Positions 53,696 through 64,000 of a stretch of 64,000 nt of DNA are shown here, piece after piece. The DNA is from Candidatus Saccharimonadales bacterium (lineage in GTDB: Bacteria > Patescibacteriota > Saccharimonadia > Saccharimonadales > UBA10212): assembly GCA_036507655.1 (NCBI GenBank), contig DATCIS010000019.1, positions 10,736-74,735 on the forward strand, given 5' to 3'. The first letter of the stretch is position 1. Each line of letters begins with the position of its first letter. Under the pieces are notes generated by a model that was not told where the DNA came from, made no database searches, and was given only the letters and a program-made list of their open reading frames with translations. The translations under genes and the position numbers were made by a program.

Positions 53696-56077
53696 TTAAG
53701 CCTGGCGCTGGTTATCAATCGGATCCAAATCGCCGACATCCAGTTTTACCACGCTTCCGGGTTGAGCCTCACCGCGCAGAATTTTGGTTGCCACAACGTC
53801 CTCCACTGCATCGGCAATTACCCGCCGCATTGGACGGGCGCCAAATTCCGGATCATATCCGGCCTGGATTAATTTAGCCAAGGCCGCATCGCTCAACTGG
53901 ACCGAGACATTTTGCTTGGCCAAAGTTTGGTTGACATTATTAATCATCAGCTTGGCGACTTGGGTTAGCTCTGGCTGGTTCAGCGACCTGAACAACACGA
54001 TTCCATCGAAACGGTTTATCAGCTCAGCTCGAAAAACATTGCTAGCTATGAGCTTGTCGATCAGCGGCCTCTCAAATGATTCCAACGTATCACCGGCCGC
54101 CACCCTTTGAGTAATCTCGGCTGAACCAGCATTTGATGTAGTGATGATTATAGCATTGCGGAATGACGCTGGGTGGCCGGCTTTATCAGTCAGGCGACCT
54201 TCATCCAGAACCTGCAGTAGCAGGTTAAGCACGGCCTGGCTAGCTTTTTCGACTTCATCTAGCAGTACAACTGAAAACGGTTGCTGCCGGATTTGTAAAA
54301 TCAGGCTTTTGTTGGCCGGGCCGCCGGCCTCCACTAACCGCTCGGCAGCCTCTGACTGGTGATACTCGGTCATGTCTAAGCGAATCATTCGCCGTTCGTC
54401 GCCGAAATAAACCGCTGCCAATGAGCGCCCTAGTTCAGTCTTGCCAACACCGGTTGGACCCAAGAACAAAAAGCTGCCAACCGGGCGCTTGGGGTCGGCC
54501 ACGCCGGCCCGGCCACGTCGCAGCGCTGCCGACACTACTTGAACTGCCCTTTCCTGATTAATCATACGGCTGTGGATACGTTCTTCCAGATTGAGCAAAA
54601 CATCGGCTTCCGGAGCTTCGGCTTTTGCGACTTTTACGCCGCGAGTGATTTCAACAGCCGCTTGCACTGATTCAGCGGTCATAATCTTATCTTGGGTGTA
54701 AGGGATGGACTGCTCAAGCAGGCTGATAGCCTTGCCTGGATAAGCCTGATCCTGCATGTATTGGTCGCTTAGGCGATAGGCCTCACGCACTGCCTGATAC
54801 GTGACATTGATGTGATTTTGGGCCTCCAGCGTTAATGCACTGTCCTCTAAAATCTGCATCGTAATAGTTTGGTCAGGTTCGTTAATGATAATCGGCGCCA
54901 TATGCGCCGCCAGCGACTCACGGTTCGATTTTAATTGCTGCCAGAACTCCGGTGTGAAGGCTGCAACGACTTTTACCGTGTGGTTTTGTAACAGCGGCAG
55001 CAGTATCTGGCTGACGTCAAAAGCGCCTGTGCCTTTTCCAAAAAATAGCTCGGCCTCGTCTAGAAAAATAATGATGTTGCGGGCATGCACGGCTTCATTG
55101 AACAGACGAAGCATAATTTTTTCGAGCTTATCGCCAGCCGCCGACAAAATAGCTGAGGCATTAAGGCTGACAATCTGGTAGTACTGGAGGCTTTGGTCTT
55201 GGCCCCTCAGTAATCTTTCGGCTAGCGCGTACACTAGTGACGTCTTGCCAGTGCCAGCTGGGCCAACAAGCGCAGCGTTCCCCTGGGGCTGGCTCAAAGA
55301 ATGGACTACGCTGTCCAAAACTTCGCCGTGTGCCAGGGTGTGAAAATGGCCATGCCCGGCTTCGACAGCCGAACTGATATTCTGGCCGAACTGGTCGAGG
55401 GTCGGCGTGAAGCCCGATGCCCAGTCGCGGCCAATACCACCAAAATACGGCTTGGGTTGGTTTAAAGACCGGCTTAGACGCCCCAGCCAGTCCGAAGTTT
55501 CCAGTAAATCTTCGCTTGTCAAGTTAAGTTTAGCTAAATAATCTTTTGCCGGTTGAGAGCTAGTAAGCAGAGATGCGGCTAATATCCCGGCGTGTAACTC
55601 GGGGCTGTTTTGCCGCTTCATCAATTCTTGAGCGTTGTGCCAGACAGCTGCCATTTCGTCCGGTACCTCGCTTAATGAGCGTGAAACCTGCTCAGTTGAA
55701 AGCAATAAGTGATTAATGATGAACCTGCCCTGCCACTCCAACGTGACGGCTTGCCAAGTACTGCGCGGAGTAACCGGTGTCGGCTTACTGAAACGAGCTA
55801 GCAGTTTAGGTTCGAGAATATCGTCGAGCGTACGCGGCGCTAAGTTAGGCGGAAGTTTTGCTAAATCACGGCGATACCATAGGCCGATAACGGCGGTGAA
55901 TGATGACAGGCACAGGCCAGCAAAGCCGAGATTTTTTGAGTCAGCGGCAATCAGAAAGGCAATTCCTAGAACTACCGAGACGACCGAGCTGGATAACAGC
56001 ACAAGGCCTCCTCTGTTGCCTATCAAAGCTGCCAGCCTGGCTTGGCGCGCCCGCAGACTGTTGAGTTCTAGCTCCAT
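53696..56077 (-). CDS. membrane-anchored Hsp100/Clp-family AAA+ ATPase (two TM helices, Clp_N-like repeats, two AAA+ modules, no ClpP-docking IGF/LGF loop)
   Basis: 793 aa; TM LVLLSSSVVSVVLGIAFLIAA and FAGLCLSSFTAVIGLWY; NBD1 GPAGTGKTS/IIIFLDEAE; NBD2 GPTGVGKTE/VVLLDEVEKA, sensor GARPMRR. Confidence 0.8.
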   Translation of the reverse strand: MELELNSLRARQARLAALIGNRGGLVLLSSSVVSVVLGIAFLIAADSKNLGFAGLCLSSFTAVIGLWYRRDLAKLPPNLAPRTLDDILEPKLLARFSKPTPVTPRSTWQAVTLEWQGRFIINHLLLSTEQVSRSLSEVPDEMAAVWHNAQELMKRQNSPELHAGILAASLLTSSQPAKDYLAKLNLTSEDLLETSDWLGRLSRSLNQPKPYFGGIGRDWASGFTPTLDQFGQNISSAVEAGHGHFHTLAHGEVLDSVVHSLSQPQGNAALVGPAGTGKTSLVYALAERLLRGQDQSLQYYQIVSLNASAILSAAGDKLEKIMLRLFNEAVHARNIIIFLDEAELFFGKGTGAFDVSQILLPLLQNHTVKVVAAFTPEFWQQLKSNRESLAAHMAPIIINEPDQTITMQILEDSALTLEAQNHINVTYQAVREAYRLSDQYMQDQAYPGKAISLLEQSIPYTQDKIMTAESVQAAVEITRGVKVAKAEAPEADVLLNLEERIHSRMINQERAVQVVSAALRRGRAGVADPKRPVGSFLFLGPTGVGKTELGRSLAAVYFGDERRMIRLDMTEYHQSEAAERLVEAGGPANKSLILQIRQQPFSVVLLDEVEKASQAVLNLLLQVLDEGRLTDKAGHPASFRNAIIITTSNAGSAEITQRVAAGDTLESFERPLIDKLIASNVFRAELINRFDGIVLFRSLNQPELTQVAKLMINNVNQTLAKQNVSVQLSDAALAKLIQAGYDPEFGARPMRRVIADAVEDVVATKILRGEAQPGSVVKLDVGDLDPIDNQRQA

Positions 56078-56079
56078 AA

Positions 56080-56439
56080 TCAGCCCGTGAATGCCCTGAT
56101 TAAGAAGTAAATTGCCGCCAATGGCAGAAGCGGCCAGATCACGGCCACTACCAGGCTGAAAATTGCATTTACACTTATTACTACCGCTGCCGCAATCAAT
56201 GTCAAAAGACGCACAAAGAAGCCAATGGTCCTGGAAACCAGATTATCGATGGTCGCTCTGAATTTTTCATCTATAGACCTGCCGGGTGCTGATATAAGCT
56301 GTTTCCAAGGCGCAAATAAATTCTCGAGTAATGGGGGGATGGAAAATTCCAGACCAGCTCTTTTGATGGACCTGGGAACGTCGCGCCAGGCTTCAAGCCA
56401 ACCTAAGCCATACCACCACTTGAAGAGCTCAAAAAACAT
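56080..56439 (-). CDS. small membrane protein (2 TM) in an operon with the membrane Clp-like ATPase
   Basis: 119 aa; C-terminal hydrophobic segments IGFFVRLLTLIAAAVVISVNAIFSLVVAVIWPLLPLAAIYFLI; stop 2 nt before the ATPase start. Confidence 0.5.
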   Translation of the reverse strand: MFFELFKWWYGLGWLEAWRDVPRSIKRAGLEFSIPPLLENLFAPWKQLISAPGRSIDEKFRATIDNLVSRTIGFFVRLLTLIAAAVVISVNAIFSLVVAVIWPLLPLAAIYFLIRAFTG

Positions 56440-56517
56440 AAGCCCATTTTATCAGGAATTAGGATATAAGAAGAAATGACAAGCAGACGTTAAATTATTT
56501 TGGGGCAGCCAGCGTGT

Positions 56518-57096
56518 TTAACCCGCCGGCCGCCCCTTTATCCAGTACCCTCTGGCTGCATTACCTCTCGGTGCAGGCGGTAAGCCAGATTGACGAATCA
56601 TCTCAGACCACGATCCGAAGACCTTCTGAACGCAGCGTAGTGGTGGAGCTTCGAACTCGTAGTAGCGATTGACCCGTTCCAGGTGGCCCTGCCTTACTGC
56701 TTGGGCTGGATGCCAATCTGCAACCGCGGGCGTGTAACCAAAATGCTTATGCCACTCACGGGCTTTTTGTAGAATTGACTCGCTAGTCCATTTCTTGCCG
56801 CCCGCAGGACGGTAGATTCCTGACATCACTCGCAAATCGGCTACTCTTCTCACCCCGAGACCCAATTTTGCGGCGATTTCCTCATCGCTCTTACCGGCTT
56901 CGGCAAGTACTCGAACTTGCTCTTGCCTAACCTTAGTCCGACTGTTTTCTCGATTGAGGTTTCCGACCACCTGTCGAATTCGCTCAGCAGTTACACCTTC
57001 GCGAGCTCCGATTTCCTTTAGGGTCTTACCTTCCTCAAGAAGTTCTTTGCGCATGGTCTCGATTTTCTCGGGAGACCATCGCCGGTTCGGTGGCAT
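56518..57096 (-). CDS. DNA-binding protein with two sigma-70 region-4-like HTH motifs and a C-terminal HEARO-like (homing-endonuclease-associated repeat) domain
   Basis: LKEIGAREGVTAERIRQV and EEIAAKLGLGVRRVADLRV HTH; C-terminal WTSESILQKAREWHKHFGYTP...FGSWSEMIRQSGL resembles the HEARO consensus FGSW..A...AGL; AAAGGAGG SD. Confidence 0.45.
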   Translation of the reverse strand: MPPNRRWSPEKIETMRKELLEEGKTLKEIGAREGVTAERIRQVVGNLNRENSRTKVRQEQVRVLAEAGKSDEEIAAKLGLGVRRVADLRVMSGIYRPAGGKKWTSESILQKAREWHKHFGYTPAVADWHPAQAVRQGHLERVNRYYEFEAPPLRCVQKVFGSWSEMIRQSGLPPAPRGNAARGYWIKGRPAG

Positions 57097-57440
57097 TTTA
57101 GCCTCCTTTAGTCTAGAAGTCTGCTTGTCAAGAGTTCGTCTTGGAGTCCGTACCAGGCGGACTCAATAAAGACTACCATACTATAAAATATCCACACCTT
57201 TATTACAATTCGCCTAAGTGAGGGTATTAAATTGGTTGGCATCGCGATGCTCACCTGAGCAGACACGTCAAAAGTATCAACATCTAAGCCGAGGACTTGC
57301 CGAGCGAATTTTTTGAGGGAAACTCATGAGCGAGACCGACCGTTAGGGAGTTCCGCAGGTTGTTGTGTGCTTTGACAGGTGGCTGCATCAAGCGAGAAGA
57401 ACGTTAGCGAATTTGATACCCGAACGCCTGAGCTGCTACA

Positions 57441-58277
57441 ATGACTTCGAATGCCACTGGGAAATGTCAATTGGGGGTTGCTTTGCTAAGCATGGATTTC
57501 GCCACCGAGGCTTTGGCAGCCGAGAAACTATTTAATCTTGGCCCTCTACCGTTCACCAATAGTATGCTCTTTGGTATCCTGATGGCTATTCTGGTACTAG
57601 GTTTATTCGGCTTGGCTGCTCGCGTCAGCCAACTATGGCCCAAAAATCGACTCGTCTACTGGTTTGAGAGTTTTACTGAACTGGTGATGGGTATGATTAT
57701 CGAGACTTTCGGTGGTGATCGTAAACGCGCGCTGCGGCATTTTCCTCTGCTGATTACACTTTTGGTTTTTATCTTGGCCTGCAATCTTAGCGGTTTACTA
57801 CCAGGGGTGGGTTCTATTACCTACAATGGCACTCAGTTATTTCGCGCCTGGACCACTGACTTGAACTCAACTTTAGCAATGGCGACTTTGGCCTTGGCGA
57901 CTGTCCACATCTACGCCGTTAAGGAAATTGGTGGACTGGGTTATTTCCGCCATTTTTTCTCCGGCAATCTTAAAAACCCAATGAATATCTTTATCGGACT
58001 TAACGAGCTCTTCGGAGAAGTTTTGCGTCTGGTAACACTATCGCTGCGTCTTTTCGGGGTTATATACGGCGGTGAGGCCCTGCTTTTCGCCATTGCGGCA
58101 CTGGCTGGCAACTTGGCCTGGGCAGCCACATTACCGATAATGTTTCTGGAAATCTTTGTGGCGTTTGTCCAGGCCTATCTGTTCATGATGCTGACTGCCA
58201 GCTATCTGATGATGTCCACTACTCATAACGAGTCATCGGAGAGTCACTCGATTCAGGCGGCTGGAGCCAGGAATTAA
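57441..58277 (+). CDS. atpB: F0F1 ATP synthase subunit a
   Basis: 278 aa; LSLRLFGVIYGGE conserved a-subunit motif with essential Arg; start may be the internal MDFATE. Confidence 0.85.
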   Translation: MTSNATGKCQLGVALLSMDFATEALAAEKLFNLGPLPFTNSMLFGILMAILVLGLFGLAARVSQLWPKNRLVYWFESFTELVMGMIIETFGGDRKRALRHFPLLITLLVFILACNLSGLLPGVGSITYNGTQLFRAWTTDLNSTLAMATLALATVHIYAVKEIGGLGYFRHFFSGNLKNPMNIFIGLNELFGEVLRLVTLSLRLFGVIYGGEALLFAIAALAGNLAWAATLPIMFLEIFVAFVQAYLFMMLTASYLMMSTTHNESSESHSIQAAGARN

Positions 58278-58296
58278 TAGGTAAAAAGGAGATTAT

Positions 58297-58512
58297 ATGG
58301 AAGTAGACCCGTCACTAATTAAAGGTTTGACAATCGGCTTGGGCGCTATCGGACCGGCCGTCGGTATCGGTTTAATTGGTGCGGCCGTGGTAGGTGCGGT
58401 CGGGCGGAATCCGGAAATGCAAGGCAAAATCCTGGCTACGGCCTTTATCATGGTCGGGCTAGTGGATGCCGTATTCGCATTCGTGCTGTTAATACTATTC
58501 ACAACTTCATAA
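58297..58512 (+). CDS. atpE: F0F1 ATP synthase subunit c
   Basis: 71 aa hairpin; GLGAIGPAVGIG and conserved carboxylate helix. Confidence 0.85.
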   Translation: MEVDPSLIKGLTIGLGAIGPAVGIGLIGAAVVGAVGRNPEMQGKILATAFIMVGLVDAVFAFVLLILFTTS

Positions 58513-58522
58513 AGGAGCTTAA

Positions 58523-59074
58523 TTGGTTTTGACGATTAGCGTGCCGCTACAATTTGCTCAAGCAGAAGAATCCGCTAGCGGAATCGGTGCTTTTAATATC
58601 AACTTCAAGTCTTTTCTATTCCAGTTGGCAACTTTCGTAATCGTCCTTCTGGTATTGCGGCGTTGGGTATTCCCTAAATTGACTGCCATCATCGAGGCCA
58701 GGCGTAAAACGCTCGAGGAGAGCTTAGTTAAGGCAAAAGAGACAGATGAAGCACTAGCGAGGGCCGAGGAAAAGGCTGGGCAGATTATTAAATCTGCTCG
58801 CGAACAAGCGGATAAGGCCTTGGCTGATGCTCAAATCCAAGCCAAAGAGATAGCCGCTAAGGCTGAAGCAGCCACCGATGCTCAAGCCAAGCGCCTGATA
58901 GACGAGGCTAAGGAACGACTGGGCCACGAGCACCTAAAACTTCGGGAGCAGCTTAAGGCTGAATTAACGGATATGGTTATAATGTCGACCGAGAAAGTCC
59001 TGCGCCAAAAAATCAACCAGGCAGAAGACCGTCGTTTAGTTGAATCCACTGTCAAGGAGCTGGTCAATGATTAG
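58523..59074 (+). CDS. atpF: F0F1 ATP synthase subunit b
   Basis: 183 aa; N-terminal TM then long charged helix; operon position. Confidence 0.7.
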   Translation: MVLTISVPLQFAQAEESASGIGAFNINFKSFLFQLATFVIVLLVLRRWVFPKLTAIIEARRKTLEESLVKAKETDEALARAEEKAGQIIKSAREQADKALADAQIQAKEIAAKAEAATDAQAKRLIDEAKERLGHEHLKLREQLKAELTDMVIMSTEKVLRQKINQAEDRRLVESTVKELVND

Positions 59075-59459
59075 TTTGTCCCGGCGGCGCTTAGCCCAAT
59101 ACGCGGTTGATGAAATACTCGCTGAGCTTCCGGCAGCTGATTTATCGGCTCGCCTGGCAGCGGCTTTAATAGCGACCAACCGGCGCAATGAAATTGATTT
59201 ATTACTATCAGACATTGACCAGGAGTTGGAAGAGCGCCGATTGCTGGTCAGAGCCCATCTGACAAGTGCCTACTGGCTATCAGAAAAGCTGAAGCACGAG
59301 CTCATGACACAGCTTAAGAAGATGACACAAACCCAGGAAGTGGTTTTACGAGAAGAGGTCGATAAATCCGTCATCGGCGGAATCAGGGTTGAGACGGCGA
59401 CCCGCAGCTGGGATATGACGATAAGGCGGACGCTGAACAAGCTTAAGGAGGCCGCCTAG
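59067..59459 (+). CDS. atpH: F0F1 ATP synthase subunit delta (short form); start set at ATG overlapping the atpF stop
   Basis: C-terminal VIGGIRVETATRSWDMTIRRTLNKL matches the delta/OSCP C-terminal motif; the ORF-track TTG start at 59040 is less likely. Confidence 0.65.
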   Translation: MISLSRRRLAQYAVDEILAELPAADLSARLAAALIATNRRNEIDLLLSDIDQELEERRLLVRAHLTSAYWLSEKLKHELMTQLKKMTQTQEVVLREEVDKSVIGGIRVETATRSWDMTIRRTLNKLKEAA

Positions 59460-61063
59460 ATGTCAGGCGTCAAGTTCAATGTCAAAGACCTGGCTGAAGA
59501 GGTCCGGCGCTCGATTGCCAAACTCGAAGCTGCCGGTGATGAAAAAACGGCCGGTGTAGTGACGCGCGTGGGTGATGGTGTTGCCTGGATTTACGGTTTA
59601 GGCTCGTGTGGCTACGCCGAAATGCTGGAAATCGAAGGCTCAAAGGGCCCAGTTTCAGCCTTTGCCTTGAACCTACTGGAAGATGAGATTGGGGCAGTAC
59701 TTCTTGGTGAGGATGTAGGAGTTAAGGCTGGCAATCGTGTTAAACAGACCGGCCAGATTTTGTCAGTTCCGATTGGGCCGGAGCTCGTCGGCCGAGTCAT
59801 TGACCCGCTTGGTCGACCGCTAGACGGCAAAGGACCGGTTGAGGCCAAGCAGCATGGCGAAATCGAAAAAATCGCACCCAATGTACTGGCCCGGCGGAGC
59901 GTTTACCAATCTGTGCCCACAGGAATTACGGCTATTGACGCCATGGTGCCGATTGGCCGCGGGCAACGAGAGCTTATCTTGGGCGACCGCCAGACCGGTA
60001 AAACCGCTATAGCTGTGGATACTATGATTAACCAGGCGCGCCAAAAGACAGGCATTATTAATATTTACGTAGCTATCTCTCAAAAAAGAGCTAAAATCGC
60101 CCGGTTGATTGATCGGCTGCGCCGCGAGGGCGTGATGGAAACAAGCGTTATTGTTGTCACTTCAGCAGCCGACCCGGCGCCGCTGCAATATCTGGCACCG
60201 TATGCCGGCAGCGCCATCGGTGAATGGTTCCGTGACAACAAACAACACGCTCTGATTATCTACGATGATCTTTCCAAGCACGCCGTGGCTTATCGCCAGA
60301 TGTCATTGCTACTGCGTCGTCCACCGGGGCGCGAAGCTTACCCGGGTGACGTTTTCTATCTGCATTCACGGCTGCTTGAGCGAGCCGCCAAGCTGTCTGA
60401 TGAGCTGGGTGGCGGCTCGCTGACCGCCCTACCGATCATCGAGACCCAGGCCGGCGATGTCAGCGCCTATATTCCTACCAATGTGATTTCGATTACTGAT
60501 GGCCAAATCTATCTGGAATCGGACCTGTTCTATCAGGGTATCAGACCGGCGATTTCAGTCGGCCTGTCAGTCTCGCGCGTCGGCGGAAACGCCCAGCCGC
60601 CAGCCATCAAAGAGGTGGCCGGCCGGCTGCGTCTGGATTTGGCCCAGTACCGCGAACTGGCAGCTTTTTCGCAGTTCGCCACTGACTTGGACACCGAGAC
60701 CCAAGCCCGGCTTAGCCGCGGCCGCCTGCTGACGGAAATTTTGAAGCAGCCGCAATACTCGCCGCTGCCCGTCTGGCAGCAAACCACTAGCATCTATGCT
60801 GCTACAGAAGGTGCGTTCGACGGTATACCGATCGAGAACGTCAAGACCGCTCAAAACGCTCTGCTGCGGGAACTGGAGCAAAAGCATGCTAAGCTCGCAG
60901 ATGAATTACAAAAGGGCGAGAAAGCTGGCGACGAGATGAAAAAGGCCATTCTACAAGCTGCCCAAACTGTTGCTGGCCAGTATAAGACGAACCCGGCTGC
61001 CGATAAAAGTACGGAAAACGGTAAACGGCAAACGGTTAACCGAGTGACTGGAGGGAGCATCTA

Positions 61064-61064
<1 letters not shown>
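59460..61064 (+). CDS. atpA: F0F1 ATP synthase subunit alpha
   Basis: 534 aa; Walker [12 protein letters not shown], full alpha-subunit conservation. Confidence 0.95.
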
Positions 61065-63346
<2,282 letters not shown>

Positions 63347-63347
<1 letters not shown>

Positions 63348-63775
63348 TGGCTATCCATTTCCAACTGGTTTCGGCTACCGGCGTCAAGTTTGACGACGAA
63401 GCATATGAGGTACTAGTGCCGACAAAAGACGGCCAAATTGCGGTCTTTGAAGACCATATGCCGCTGCTATCTGCTGGAATGCCTGGCGTTCTAAGCATCC
63501 GCAAACAAGCCAGTGATGTTGACCGGGAAATGGAGCATTTTGCCGTTTACGGCGGCGTATTGGAAGTTGACGGCAAAAATGCCCGCTTTGTGACTGAAGA
63601 TGTAACCGCGGCCGACGAAGTTAGTGAGCAAGAAGCCCATGAGGCGCTGGCTAGAGCGCGAAGACTGGTTGAGGCAGCTGGCAACAGACAGGCCTTGCAC
63701 GAGGCTCAAACCGTCTTACACCACCAGAGTGCCAAGCTCCATCTAGCCCAGTTGAAACGTCGCCACCACCACTAG
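63347..63775 (+). CDS. atpC: F0F1 ATP synthase subunit epsilon (C-terminal His-rich tail)
   Basis: 142 aa; N-terminal beta-sandwich LVSATGVKFDDEAYEVLVPTKDGQIAVFEDHMPLL, C-terminal helices, ends RRHHH. Confidence 0.85.
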
Positions 63776-63784
63776 TGATTCTTC

Positions 63785-64000
63785 TTAACGTTTTTGTTTG
63801 GCGAGCGGAGAGGCTTTCCAGAAAACTTTGATGAGATTAGAGTCGTCGTGGGCGATCCGGCGCGAAATCGCCCACATCTCGACCGGTTTATCACCTTCAT
63901 TGCGGTGTGAACGTGGAGTTTTGGGTGCAACACGAACAGCCGAACCAGCAGGTATTTTTACGATATCATCGCCAAAACGCATGGTCAGCGTACCTTTAGT
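63785..64000 (-). CDS. cupin-domain protein, C-terminal part (gene runs off the window end)
   Basis: Minus-strand translation gives ...PAGSAVRVAPKTPRSHRNEGDKPVEMWAI, matching cupin motif 2 (P-x-G-x2-H-x3-N). Confidence 0.4.
   Translation of the reverse strand, partial: TKGTLTMRFGDDIVKIPAGSAVRVAPKTPRSHRNEGDKPVEMWAISRRIAHDDSNLIKVFWKASPLAKQKR

Overview
The window is a gene-dense (~90% coding) bacterial chromosomal segment, mostly transcribed on the minus strand. It uses the standard genetic code: TAG, TAA and TGA all terminate recognisable genes. Gene content suggests a small-genome, Patescibacteria/CPR-like bacterium (possibly Saccharibacteria-like); this is an inference and was not checked by any search. 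The markers are a split transketolase, a compact sugar-phosphate cluster, a type IV pilus ATPase, an F-type ATP synthase, NrdH-TrxB, a cupredoxin, and long low-complexity tails on L19 and GAPDH.

Recognisable genes:
- Information processing and repair: radA (5' part only), clpC, nusA, rplS, rnhB, yraN, dnaE, gatCAB, uvrB, pheST, rmuC.
- Other housekeeping: M29 aminopeptidase, pilB.
- Central carbon cluster: PfkB-family kinase, fba, tktB/tktA, rpe, rpiB, gap, ppa, and zwf.
- Redox: cupredoxin, nrdH-trxB.
- Transport and others: RND/MMPL transporter, ZIP transporter with a divergent Fur-family (Zur-like) regulator, MFS transporter, ABC-2 exporter, GH63-like hydrolase.
- ATP synthase operon atpBEFHAGDC. 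No rRNA, tRNA or CRISPR was recognised.

Most interesting observations:
1. A compact flavinylation-linked locus at 46.7-50.6 kb. It has Ndh2, an N-terminally RnfD/NqrB-like membrane domain with a conserved T-A-T-P flavinylation-type motif fused to an FNR-like NAD(P)H-binding domain, an FMN_bind protein with a TGATS motif, and ApbE. It looks like a minimal, non-canonical NQR/RNF-like transmembrane electron-transfer module.
2. A family of four 65-80 bp double-hairpin intergenic repeat elements, modular and in both orientations.
3. A membrane-anchored Hsp100/Clp ATPase with no ClpP-docking loop, in an operon with a small membrane protein and an HTH+HEARO-like protein.
4. A perfect CIRCE element next to clpC.
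5. A 38-bp perfect palindrome carrying three GTTATAAC sites upstream of the aminopeptidase gene.
6. An unannotated 57-aa Cys-rich ORF translationally coupled between pheS and pheT.
7. A single in-frame TAA splitting a SpoU-family methyltransferase gene.
8. A small membrane protein with an Rx4H motif inserted between gatA and gatB.

All family assignments are from motif recognition by eye; no database search was possible.
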